DNA of 63,016 bases, counting the filler. It is 6 parts of 6 records of this genome, joined end to end, with 100 filler letters (N's around TTAATTAATTAA, not from the genome) between each part and the next. Parts side by side here need not be neighbours in the genome. Positions count along the whole stretch, not along the records: positions 44,645 to 51,922 come from SRR2962707_4469; positions 52,023 to 57,780 come from SRR2962707_4475; positions 57,881 to 63,016 come from SRR2962707_4487; 3 more parts are not named here. One strand, written 5' to 3'. This document shows positions 50,223-59,926 of this stretch, piece by piece. A program made the translations under genes and the position numbers. Position 1 is the first letter of the stretch, and each line of letters begins with the position of its first letter. A model generated the notes under the pieces. That model ran no database searches and was not told where the DNA came from. It saw only the letters and a program-made list of their open reading frames with translations.

Positions 50223-51577
50223 CAGTGGCCCTCACCTTGAGCGACCATGTCAGAGCCGATCTTCTTGCGTTCCTTGTAGACCGCGGAAGGGTTTCGGCTC
50301 GATATGATGCCGCGTGGTTTCCACACCATGATCAGAACCATGGCCAGACCGAAAATCAACATGCGATACTGGGTGGGTTCAAAATCGGGTCCGAAGATTT
50401 CCTTCAGGAATCCGAGGTTTCTCAACAGCTCGATGCCGCCGATCATCACCACCGAGGCGATGACCACGCCGACTTGCGAACCAAGCCCTCCCAGAACCAC
50501 AATCGCCAGAATAATGGCCGATTCCAGAAAGGTGAAACTTTCCGGCGAGATGAAGCCCTGCCTGGTGGCAAAGAATGACCCGGCAAATCCGGCAAACATC
50601 GCACCGATCGAAAACGCGGTCAGCTTGGTGTTGGTGGTATTGATGCCGAGCGAGCGGCAGGCGATTTCGTCTTCGCGCAAGGCTTCCCATGCACGTCCGA
50701 TCGGCAGCTTGCGCAGCCGCAACGTGACGAAATTGGTGATCAGCGCCAGGATCAGAATGATGTAATAAAGGTAGATGAAGCGATGGATTGAATCGTAGTC
50801 GAGATTGAAGAATTCGGCAAAGCCGCCTGTTCTTGAGAACTCCAGGCCAAAGAAGCTGGGCTTGGGAATGCCGGAAATCCCGTCCGGGCCACCGGTGAAT
50901 TCATACCAGTTGAGCAGCACCACGCGGATGATTTCCCCGAAGGCAAGTGTCACGATGGCCAGGTAATCACCCCGCAGCCGCAACACCGGGAACCCGAGAA
51001 TGATGCCCCAGGTCGCAGCTAGGAGACCGGCCAGCGGCAGCGCTGTCCAGAAACCGATGTCGAAATACTGCGCCAGCAGCGCGAAGGAATAGGCGCCGAC
51101 GGCATAAAAAGCCACATAGCCAAGGTCCAGCAGCCCAGCGAGACCGACCACGATGTTCAGGCCCCAGCCAAGCATGACATAGGTCATGATCAGGATCGCC
51201 AGGTCGATGAACTGGCGGTCACGGTCCGGGTAGATTGCCATCACGATGAACGGCAGGGTCAGCGCGACCACCAGCAGGAACGGTCCGAGCACCTTGCCAA
51301 CCACGGTCGTCAGCCCAGCAGGAACCGATACGTTCAGTCCGCTTGTGATCGGCTTGGACGTTTTGAAAACAAACACGTTGAGAAGCAGCCGACCGGCAAA
51401 CACGATCGCAATTGCAGTGAACCACAGGCCCCACCGATAGGTCAGGTCGAGGCCGCCGGTGACGATATCGGTGCGCAGGGCAAGGAAGAAAAAGCCCAGC
51501 ACGGCGACAAGGATTGCGGCTATCGCCGCATCCTTGACGGATTCGGCCATCAGGCCGGGTTTCGGAGCGGTCGTCAT
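50222..51577 (-). CDS. livM: BCAA ABC permease
   Basis: GLNIVVGLAGLLDLGYVAFYAVGAY, LRLRGDYLAIVTL, REDEIAC. Confidence 0.95.
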   Translation of the reverse strand: MTTAPKPGLMAESVKDAAIAAILVAVLGFFFLALRTDIVTGGLDLTYRWGLWFTAIAIVFAGRLLLNVFVFKTSKPITSGLNVSVPAGLTTVVGKVLGPFLLVVALTLPFIVMAIYPDRDRQFIDLAILIMTYVMLGWGLNIVVGLAGLLDLGYVAFYAVGAYSFALLAQYFDIGFWTALPLAGLLAATWGIILGFPVLRLRGDYLAIVTLAFGEIIRVVLLNWYEFTGGPDGISGIPKPSFFGLEFSRTGGFAEFFNLDYDSIHRFIYLYYIILILALITNFVTLRLRKLPIGRAWEALREDEIACRSLGINTTNTKLTAFSIGAMFAGFAGSFFATRQGFISPESFTFLESAIILAIVVLGGLGSQVGVVIASVVMIGGIELLRNLGFLKEIFGPDFEPTQYRMLIFGLAMVLIMVWKPRGIISSRNPSAVYKERKKIGSDMVAQGEGH

Positions 51578-51922
51578 TAGACTTTCTCGACTTCAGGTTT
51601 GCCCAGCAATCCCGACGGCATGAAGATCAGGACGATAACCAGGATGGAGAAGGCTGCGACGTCCTTGTATTCGACCGAGAAATAGCCCGACCAGAACACT
51701 TCGATAAGGCCAATCAGAAGCCCGCCGAGCATCGCGCCCGGCAGCGAGCCGATGCCACCGAGAACCGCTGCGGTGAAGGCTTTCACGCCGGCCAGGAAGC
51801 CGATGTAAAAATCGATCACGCCGTAAAGCAGCAGGAACATGAAGCCCGCGACAGCTGCCAGGGCCGCGCCCATGACAAAGGTCAGCGAGATCGTGCGGTC
51901 GACATTGACGCCGAGAAGGGCC
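51577..51922 (-). CDS. livH: BCAA ABC permease (5' truncated)
   Basis: KAFTAAVLGGIG, YKD, PSGLLGKPEVEKV. Confidence 0.93.
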
Positions 51923-52022
51923 NNNNNNNNNNNNNNNNNNNNNNNNNNNNNNNNNNNNNNNNNNNNTTAATTAATTAANNNNNNNNNNNNNNNNNNNNNN
52001 NNNNNNNNNNNNNNNNNNNNNN
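51923..52022. other. Artificial contig spacer
   Basis: 44 N + TTAATTAATTAA + 44 N. Confidence 0.99.
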
Positions 52023-52051
52023 ACATACATCATACATACATACATACATAC
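52023..52051. repeat. (ACAT)n microsatellite at contig start
   Basis: acatacat-catacatacatacatacatac. Confidence 0.85.
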
Positions 52052-52354
52052 GATGTGAGAAGCGAAGCTGCGGGTGGAAAGTGAGCGCTTGGGAGTCACT
52101 CGTAGTGGTGGTGGTGGTGGTGTGCAGGTGCGAACAGCGCGGACAACCGGACTGCGTAGCCGCTTTTTGTGGTCATGAAAGAATGTGGTTTTTGGTGGTC
52201 GCTAGCTTGGTCAAGCCGTTGCTTGAGTGAGGGTTTTGTTTTGTCGGTGGCAGTGCCAGTGGTTGACGAGTGAGTGCTGCAGTGTTGTTGGGTGTGCCTC
52301 AAGACGAAGAAAGAAACCGAAACAACAGAATCAGAAGAAATAAAAAACAAAAAG

Positions 52355-55300
52355 ATGCAAGGTGAGCGCCCGAATCTTGCGCAGATTATCCGGAGCGGCG
52401 CTACTATGGCGCTGGAAGGAGGAGAATATCGGCTGTCAGACGGAGCCAGAGCAACGCTCCGGAGTCTACAGTGGCGCAACAAGCACAGGCTTGATGACGT
52501 GTACCCGTACACTTTCGAGGGCCCGGAGTCACTGAAAGGAGTGACTATTCAAATAGCACAGCGACGGCAGGGCGAGCAAAAGGGGCTGGGAACTGGTGCC
52601 GTTGTTTGGGACGGTGCTGTCATCCTTATGAAGTACCTCGAGAAGCTCTGCAAAGAACAAGAAGAGGGAGAAGGAGGAGGATTAGGAGGAGGACCTGACT
52701 TTCTTGCGGGGAAATCTGTGATCGAACTTGGAGCAGGGACTGGCGCAGTCGGCTTGGCAGCCGCTGCACTTGGTGCCAAACGCGTGGCGATCACTGACGT
52801 GGAAGAAATTCTATTCCTGACACGGGAAAATGTGGTGTCAACCGCACGTACCCTCGCAAAGCATGCCGGATCGACTCCTGCGACTCCTTCGGCAACGTTC
52901 GAATCGCGCGTGCACACCTTCAGCTACAGCTGGGGCACTGAATCCGAGCAGTTGCGTGCCGGTGCACCGTATGATCTAGTGCTGATCGCTGAATGCATCG
53001 TGCCGCGATTATATCCGATCGAGCCCCTCGTCGAAGCCGTTGCGCAGCTGATACCCGCTGGCTGTGCTGCACAGGCATTCATCACGTAAGTGGCAGCGAT
53101 AGTTTTGTGTATTTTGTGGTTGCTTTATTCTGTCGATGTTTGTACCTAACACGGCTCTCGTCAATTGCCGTGGTGGCCGCGTCACTTTATTAAGGTATGA
53201 ACATCGGCATCATCATGAATTCCACCCGGCAGAGCGCTTTGAGCAGTTGCTTCAGGAACGCGGCTTTATGCTTCGAAGCGTTCCTGCAGAGCAACAAGAT
53301 TCTCAATACACCCTTCCGGATGTTGAGCTGTGGTGCGTCATGCGCGCTGACGCTCCTACTGCCATTTTGGACCCATGGATGCAGCAAATGCCACCGCGCG
53401 GCTCCTCCAGTGGCATCAGCGTTGTTGCGAGTTCGACGGCCGAGGCCCAGCTCGAGAGATCTAAAACTCGAGTGCAAGAAGACAGACTTCGTTCTTTGCT
53501 CTCCACAGTGTGGCCAGGTCGCAATGCTGCAGTCATCAAGGGCTTGCAAAAATTGCAAAAGTGTGGCGTGGATTCCGTGGAGGCTTTGCGTGCCGCGCTT
53601 GTTGTGGTTGAACCCAATGAATCGCATTCCACGCACGCATCGATCACAGCAAGTCAAGACAGTATTGATCATGCCAACTTTATTCAAATCCCTGACGATT
53701 TGGAAAATTTGGAGCTCACTCAACGGCTGCGTCAAAAAGGCTACAAGACATTCAGCCGCGCGTCCGTTGACAAAATGGTGCAATGGCTGGCGACAGATAC
53801 CCCTGCTCAACAAGATATTGGCAAAGACGTGACTCGTCAAGGAAACACTGCTCAAGGTCTACCACTCAATGTTGCAACGGAACCCATCCAATCAGTTCAG
53901 GAAGCGATGGACCTATGCTTTGGGAATAGTGGCAGTGAAAGCGATAGTGAAAGTGAGGTTGACTCAGCTCCATTAAAAGTAGACATCGACCCCGTGAATT
54001 CTGTGGAAGCGGCCGTTGCCGCTTGCTTTGGAGATAGCAGCGATGGTGACAGTGACAGCGACAGCAGCAATGGTGACGGTCAAGGTTCAAAGGACAAGCC
54101 CAGTGGCGCAATATTGACAGCTCTTCCAACCTTCGCCAATGCGTTGAAAAAGCTTTTTGAAAGCTTGGTCGATCTGAGGGCACATTGGCTCAAGGTCAGC
54201 ATTGTAGTTTTGGCTGAAACCACAGAGTCCTTTTCAATGGTGAACAACATTGTTCAAAATGCTGGCCACTGGAGCACGAGTTTGGCGGTGAATAACCTTG
54301 AGGTTTCAGAAACCGAGGCACCACATGTCACTGCAACCCGAGTTTTGGCCGAAACGCCGTTTGGATGTGACGTGTTGATTGATTTGCGTGCGCCGAAACA
54401 AGACCCAGTCCAAATATTTGGCAACTTATATAGCGCTGTGGTGGTTCCAGGTGGTGCTTCAATCACAAGTGCCCTTGAAAGGTTTTGTGCTGCTCCAATG
54501 ACCAGATCCCATTACTTTTGGGCCATTCATGGCCGCATTGACGTGGCAGCTGTGCAAATAAGGTCAAACATTGGAGAGTTGGTCAACTTGTCGATTGTGC
54601 ATCGCCGATCAGTTCTTGCCAATCCTCTTTGGCCGCTCCGACCAGCGCCCGTGTCCGATGGTGCTGGCAGCTCAGGAAAGCCGAGGAAACAGACAGGCAC
54701 AGAAAGCGTTCCCCTTTTGCCGCGCCGCGCTCGTGTGACACCAAGGTCACCAGTGGCTGTTTTCAAAGACGTAAAGCGAATAGGTACTACGCATGGCACT
54801 GGTGTGGAGCTTCCACCTGGAGTGGATGGAACTTCTTTTGTGGATATTCTTGCGCCATCCATACAAAGCAATGCAGGGGATCCTAGGAAACAATCTCTTC
54901 GCTTCTGGGAGAGGCCTGAAGAAGTTGTGGAAATGGAATTGCTTGAAAAAGTCACAGTTGCAGGAAGGGCAGGTGAGCGACAAACAGGGCGCCTTAGCAA
55001 GCAATCCTTAGCAAAGGCTGCAACAGCGCTGCGGGAGCATGGAGTGTGCATTTTGAGAGGTGCTTTTGATCCATCAAGTGTGCGCCGAATTGCACAACAA
55101 GGTCGTTTGGACTTGGCCACGATCGAACAACGCCTCGAGGTGCGTTCTTATCCATGCAGTCGCGTTGCCTAGTGTCGCGACGTTGAGAACAATCGGGAAC
55201 ATTTTCGTTGTGGTGTGCTGCAGTGCCTGCATGTTTGCTGAAGCAACATTGTCTTGTGGACTGGGGACTTGCACAGGAAAAGTGTGGGGTCAACTTGCGA

Positions 55301-56477
55301 GATCCCGCTCGCAGCACTGCTTTCAATAGCAACTTCGTCGAGCTGGCAATGCGAGAGCCGAGGCGCTGTGATGTGCATCGCTCTCCAAGATTGCTCGCCG
55401 AGAACATGCTCATTCGAGCGAGCGCGCGAGTCGACGCAGAAAGTCACCCCAAACCTTCTCGACCTCCCGCTCTCCAGGCCAAGGCTGCCTTACAGCCGAC
55501 AGACGAAGCTGCTGCGCTTAATGCTTCTGGCCCAAGCGTGTCACATGCTCACCCGGACGTAATCCACATCTTAAGAGAAGTGTGCAATCCTCCAGGGGGT
55601 GCCAAAAGCGCTGGAAATTGGGGTCGGTGGAACTTTGGTGGCCCAGGGCCTAGTGGTCCACCTGATCCACTTACTGCAGGCGATATTGGGGTGATTTTCA
55701 GCTTTCCTGGTGCTGCCGATCAGTCGTTCCACGCGGACACACCCCATCTGTACGAGCACCTGCATTTGCCACCTCATTACGTTGACCTGTTTATGCCGGA
55801 TGCCGACGGAGTTTTCTCCGACCCAGAGTTTGCGACACACAGTGGGGCTGGACCCAGCGATGCAGACGGCGTTTCGTCCCCAGCTGCGCTTGCACTTGAA
55901 ATTGAGCCATGCTTGCAGACATTCAAAGTGGGGCAGACCGCTTTCGTGTGTGGTTCACATCGGTTGGAGTGTTCTGCACGGGTGTGCTACCATGAAAGTT
56001 CTGCCGTGGCACGCCGGGAGTTTGATGAACGTGCGTGACTGCTTGGCCACTTATTTGTCGTCTGCATTGAGTTTCCACAACCACTTCCTCGGCGAGATTG
56101 CCGTCCATGCCAGCCGAACGCAATTTCGATCTTGTTGCTCATGTCCAGGTACAATTTGCCCCCACCTACGCACAGGGGACGCCCTTTTATTTGACACACG
56201 CACGCTTCACTTTGGGCTAGGAAATCTCAAAAACGGTGTTGCTTCCGCGGATGCAAGCACCGGTGGCAGTGATGGTGCAAGTTCTTCGAATGTCAACGTG
56301 TGCTGGCGCCAAACTGGACCCGACCGGACCCGTGCGCTCCTATACATTAACTACTGGCAGCCTTGGTGGGACAAGAATACGGATAAGAATTGGGGCCAGT
56401 CAGAGTTATTCAACGATGAAGATCGAAACGCTGCGGTCACTGAGGCACAGCAGCGTTTATTGGGAATCTCGTTGTAG
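52355..56477 (+). CDS. Eukaryotic fusion: METTL21/Methyltransf_16-like methyltransferase + PhyH-like Fe/2OG dioxygenase, 4 exons, ~1252 aa
   Basis: Exons 52355-53085, 53195-55139, 55277-56030, 56149-56477 splice GT-AG in frame (3759 nt). MTase motifs: GTGAVVWD, IELGAGTG, ITD, W-G, AECIV, YEHR. Dioxygenase motifs: HGVCILRG, Q.FHADTPH, GQTAF..GSH, GD.LLFD.R.LHFG, RALLY. Confidence 0.8.
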
Positions 56478-56640
56478 TGCGCATGGTGTAAATTTTATTG
56501 CAAGCATTCTCAACTTGTTCGGGATGGCCATGATGATAATTGGACGGTACGCACGCACGCACGCAGACAATTCAAACATTACGCGCGTACGAATTACAAG
56601 TATACGACACTATGGCCACACGCATTACGCCCCTATCCGT

Positions 56641-57622
56641 TCACAACTCGTCGTACACTCGTGCTCCAGTGTAGACGTTGCCATCAACTGCCACCTCCGC
56701 AAAGGCACCCCACCCGCGCGTAGCCTCGAGCGCCGCACGTGCATCACTGGCCAGAAAATTGTCGAAATTGGTCGGCGAATCAAAAACGATCGCGACCTCG
56801 TAGGCCCATTCAGACTTGCAGACTGTGCGTACTACTTTGACAAATCCGGGCAGAGCACGAATCGCAGCCATGCCAGGACCCCGCAAAGCCTCGCCGTCCA
56901 ACCTCAACGCATCGTTTTCCCCGTTTTTGAGCGTGAGGCGAATCAACCTTGCCACTTCCGTCACGGCGACCTCCGCCGTTGGGGGTGCAGTCTGTGTGGG
57001 CGCCCCATCATTGAGCGAGTACCTGAAAACACAAGAGTGTGTCATGCAAAGCCGCGCCACAATGAGACAGGAGAGTAGAGCCCAGGATCTACAACTATTC
57101 AATACACACGCCTTTGGTAGAAAACATCCAGCCAATTCGCGCACCGATTGGATCCCTCTTCCTTGACCAGCAGCGGCTTCAGTGGTTCGGTTGCCGGTGG
57201 CTTGCCTCCATTGGCTGCAACAGCCGCCATCCAACCATCACCCTCAGGAGTGGGTGCTTTGACTGCGCTTAGCCATGCACCAGCGGCGCCATGCCCTCCC
57301 CTGTGTTCACTAGAGCAATCGAAGCGGTGAATAGACCTGATACAACGAAGAAATGACATTATTACCATGTCCGAGACCTGGTTGCCCCCAGAGAAGGTCC
57401 ATTATGCCCCTCCCTCCCTCCAAAGCACGTGGACTTGGAAAATAAAAAAACAGACAAAGATGAGCTCACCCGTAGTCTGTGAGGTCGTCAGTGTTGAGGG
57501 TGCGATCCAGGTCCGCCCACCAAGCTGGAAGGAAGCGCTCTGCGATGATGCGGAACCAGGGTGACCACAGAAGACCAGATTCTGGGCGCATCAGCTCCCG
57601 GAGTTTCTCCTGCGACACATAC
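56641..57622 (-). CDS. 3' part of isopentenyl-diphosphate isomerase (IDI type 1) fused to an extra C-terminal domain (5' exons off-contig)
   Basis: Exons 57470-57622 (YVSQEKLRELM...WSPWFRIIAERFLPAWWADL, IDI1 C-terminus), 57145-57336 (SIHRFD...GGHGAAG) and 56641-57022 splice GT-AG in frame. Confidence 0.75.
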
Positions 57623-57750
57623 CTAGCAGGAAATGAACAGAGGGGAAAAAATGATCAATCAAACGAGGTGCTGTGCTACGATACGCACGGTTGGAATGCA
57701 GTAGTGCGCATCACACAAGGGCAAACAGGAGGGAGGGAGGGGACGGGAGG

Positions 57751-57780
57751 GAGAGAGAGAGAGAGCGAGCGAGAGAGCGA
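57751..57780. repeat. (GA)n microsatellite at contig end
   Basis: gagagagagagagagcgagcgagagagcga. Confidence 0.8.
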
Positions 57781-57880
57781 NNNNNNNNNNNNNNNNNNNN
57801 NNNNNNNNNNNNNNNNNNNNNNNNTTAATTAATTAANNNNNNNNNNNNNNNNNNNNNNNNNNNNNNNNNNNNNNNNNNNN
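57781..57880. other. Artificial contig spacer
   Basis: 44 N + TTAATTAATTAA + 44 N. Confidence 0.99.
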
Positions 57881-57908
57881 ATACATACATACATACATAC
57901 ATACATAC
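57881..57908. repeat. (ATAC)n microsatellite at contig start
   Basis: Seven tandem ATAC units. Confidence 0.9.
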
Positions 57909-58141
57909 ACGCAGAGAGCTCGATAGTCCTGCTCCACCAGCAGCCAGTGTAATCACAGACCGGGTGCGTAGTCACGACCAACACGAACGAGGACGAGACC
58001 CGGGCGATTGGGTGGAGTTTGGGTGGAGTTTGGTAGCAAATAAAATGCAAAGTTGTCCTTTTTGCTGTCCAAGACTACCTGTTGCTGTTGTATTTTCTTA
58101 TTTTATATTTTGGTTGGTGGTGGTGAGAAGACAGGTAAACA

Positions 58142-59873
58142 ATGAGAGGGACCTTGCTGGTGGTACTGGCGACGCTGCTCAGTTTTGTGAGCGCAGCGCT
58201 TGCCGTACAAGGCGAAAAATCCGTCCCGGACTTTTTGAAAGTCAAACTAACCTACTTTGACATCCGCGGGCTGGCAGAACCCATTCGCCTCTACCTGTCC
58301 AGCGTTGGTTCGTGTTTGCGAAAGCGATTCCGTGTCGTCTGCAGTATCAGCAGTTTCTCACTCACCCCGACTTCGTTTACGCTGCACAGGTGTACCATTC
58401 TCGGAAGAAACCGTCGGCAATTGCGAAGAAGCCTCCTGCGACTTCTTGGATTGGCAAACGTACAAAAGGAATGGAATTGCCGCAGGCACTTTGCCGTTTG
58501 GTCAGGTTCGATGTTTCGACAAGGCGATGGCGTAATTGTTGCGCGAGCTGTTGTTCGGTTCGTCACAACGCACACATGTACGCAACAGGTCCCTCTCATG
58601 ACACTGGGAAACTCGGCTCCGGGCTTCGAGGATGCCCCAGATCTCGTCATTGCTCAATCGCACGCGATCTTGCGTTTTTGGGCCAAGCAGGCGCGTGCCT
58701 GGTACTTCGCCCACCGCACACTGCCTGTTGTTAATAAAGCCGGCCCATTAATGCTGTGCTATGCCATGATGCAGGGATATGCAACAACTACGAAACTCAC
58801 GAATACGTTCGTCCTTTCTTTTCTGGGCAAATTGCACGGGGTTCAACTGTGTGCCGCCTTTGCTAATATCTGTCACGCCCACTGCGGCAGGCAACACACT
58901 TTCTTTGACATGGTCGCAGGCGGAGTGCAGGACATGCGTCAGCGTTACTCTGAACTCGTGCGGGCGACATTAGCGTTTCATGACTGGTAAAAGTCCGTCA
59001 TTGCCCACTTGCTTCACCAGAATGCACCAACGTTTGCCGCGCAGGTTTATGGAACAGAGGTTTCAAACGCCGCGCTCGCCACCTACGTTGGCAGCAGCAC
59101 GAAGCCTGCTGCCAGCAGCCTCCGTGCTTGGCTGGGCCACTTCGATCGTTTGATTGGCAAGGGGGAAGATTTTTTCAAGGCACGTCGCGCTCTCGCACTT
59201 GCTCGTTTCGCCGCAAAAAAAAAGACGTGTTTGTGATTCCAGGTTCGCACTTGCTGATTGTTTGCTGCCGGTGTTTCGTAGATCCCCGTTGATGTTTTGA
59301 CCGGAGTGGACCCTGTCAGCTTTGCGCCGGCATTAGTTCGTACATGCTTGCAGTTTGTCCGGCCTGCCTTCGGAACAGTTGTCATCCTGTGTGATCATGG
59401 ATTTGCTGCAATGCATCAGGTGTTTGACATGATTGATAGCAATTTGCGCATCGACCCGAGCTGTCTGAAGGGGTTGACGAGGCTGCAGGTACGCCCAGTG
59501 CAATGTCGCCATCAGCAACACACCAAAGCAGGAAAAATCACTTTTGCTGAAAGTGCTAACCCTGTGGTGAATATAGCATATCCATCGCGAATTTGCTAAA
59601 ATCCCTGGCGTAGCGGCATACCTTTCAGGCCCGACACGGCGCCAGCGAGCAAACGGTACGCTTTTCCACTGCGCATGAATGTGCTCTGCGTGCCACCCGA
59701 AAGGACGAGCATCCCCCTCGTTTTGAAAAGCCGGAGCTGCTTGTGCAGGAAACGGCGCGTTCTATGATACGCCAACCATTCCTCCTCGCTTCGAGGTCAA
59801 TTACGCAGCCGACGGCACCCCCTCCATCAGGTCGACGCAACTCGATGGTGGCACTTCCAAACACGAACTTTGA
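58142..59873 (+). CDS. Eukaryotic glutathione S-transferase (sigma/mu/pi-like), ~10 exons, ~314 aa, signal peptide and C-terminal KHEL
   Basis: LTYFDIRGLAEPIRL, LPFGQVP, AQSHAILR, P.V.AYL...R..NG. Proposed exons 58142-58307, 58390-58505, 58589-58690, 58775-58806, 58891-58957, 59045-59179, 59282-59335, 59420-59488, 59577-59655, 59749-59873 total 945 nt. Confidence 0.78.
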
Positions 59874-59926
59874 GCAGTTTGACGCGATCCGTTTGCAGGG
59901 TCGGCACGCAGGAACAACATAAATAG

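Noticed and set aside
56641-56655. C-terminal YDEL of the IDI fusion as an ER-retention signal
   Set aside because: The N-terminus is off-contig and IDI is normally cytosolic or peroxisomal, so this cannot be supported.
24991-57880. Repeated TTAATTAATTAA palindromes, and bacterial genes next to intron-containing genes, as a repeat element or inter-domain HGT
   Set aside because: All five copies sit in identical N44 padding and genes are truncated at the edges. These are artificial joins, so adjacency across them has no biological meaning.
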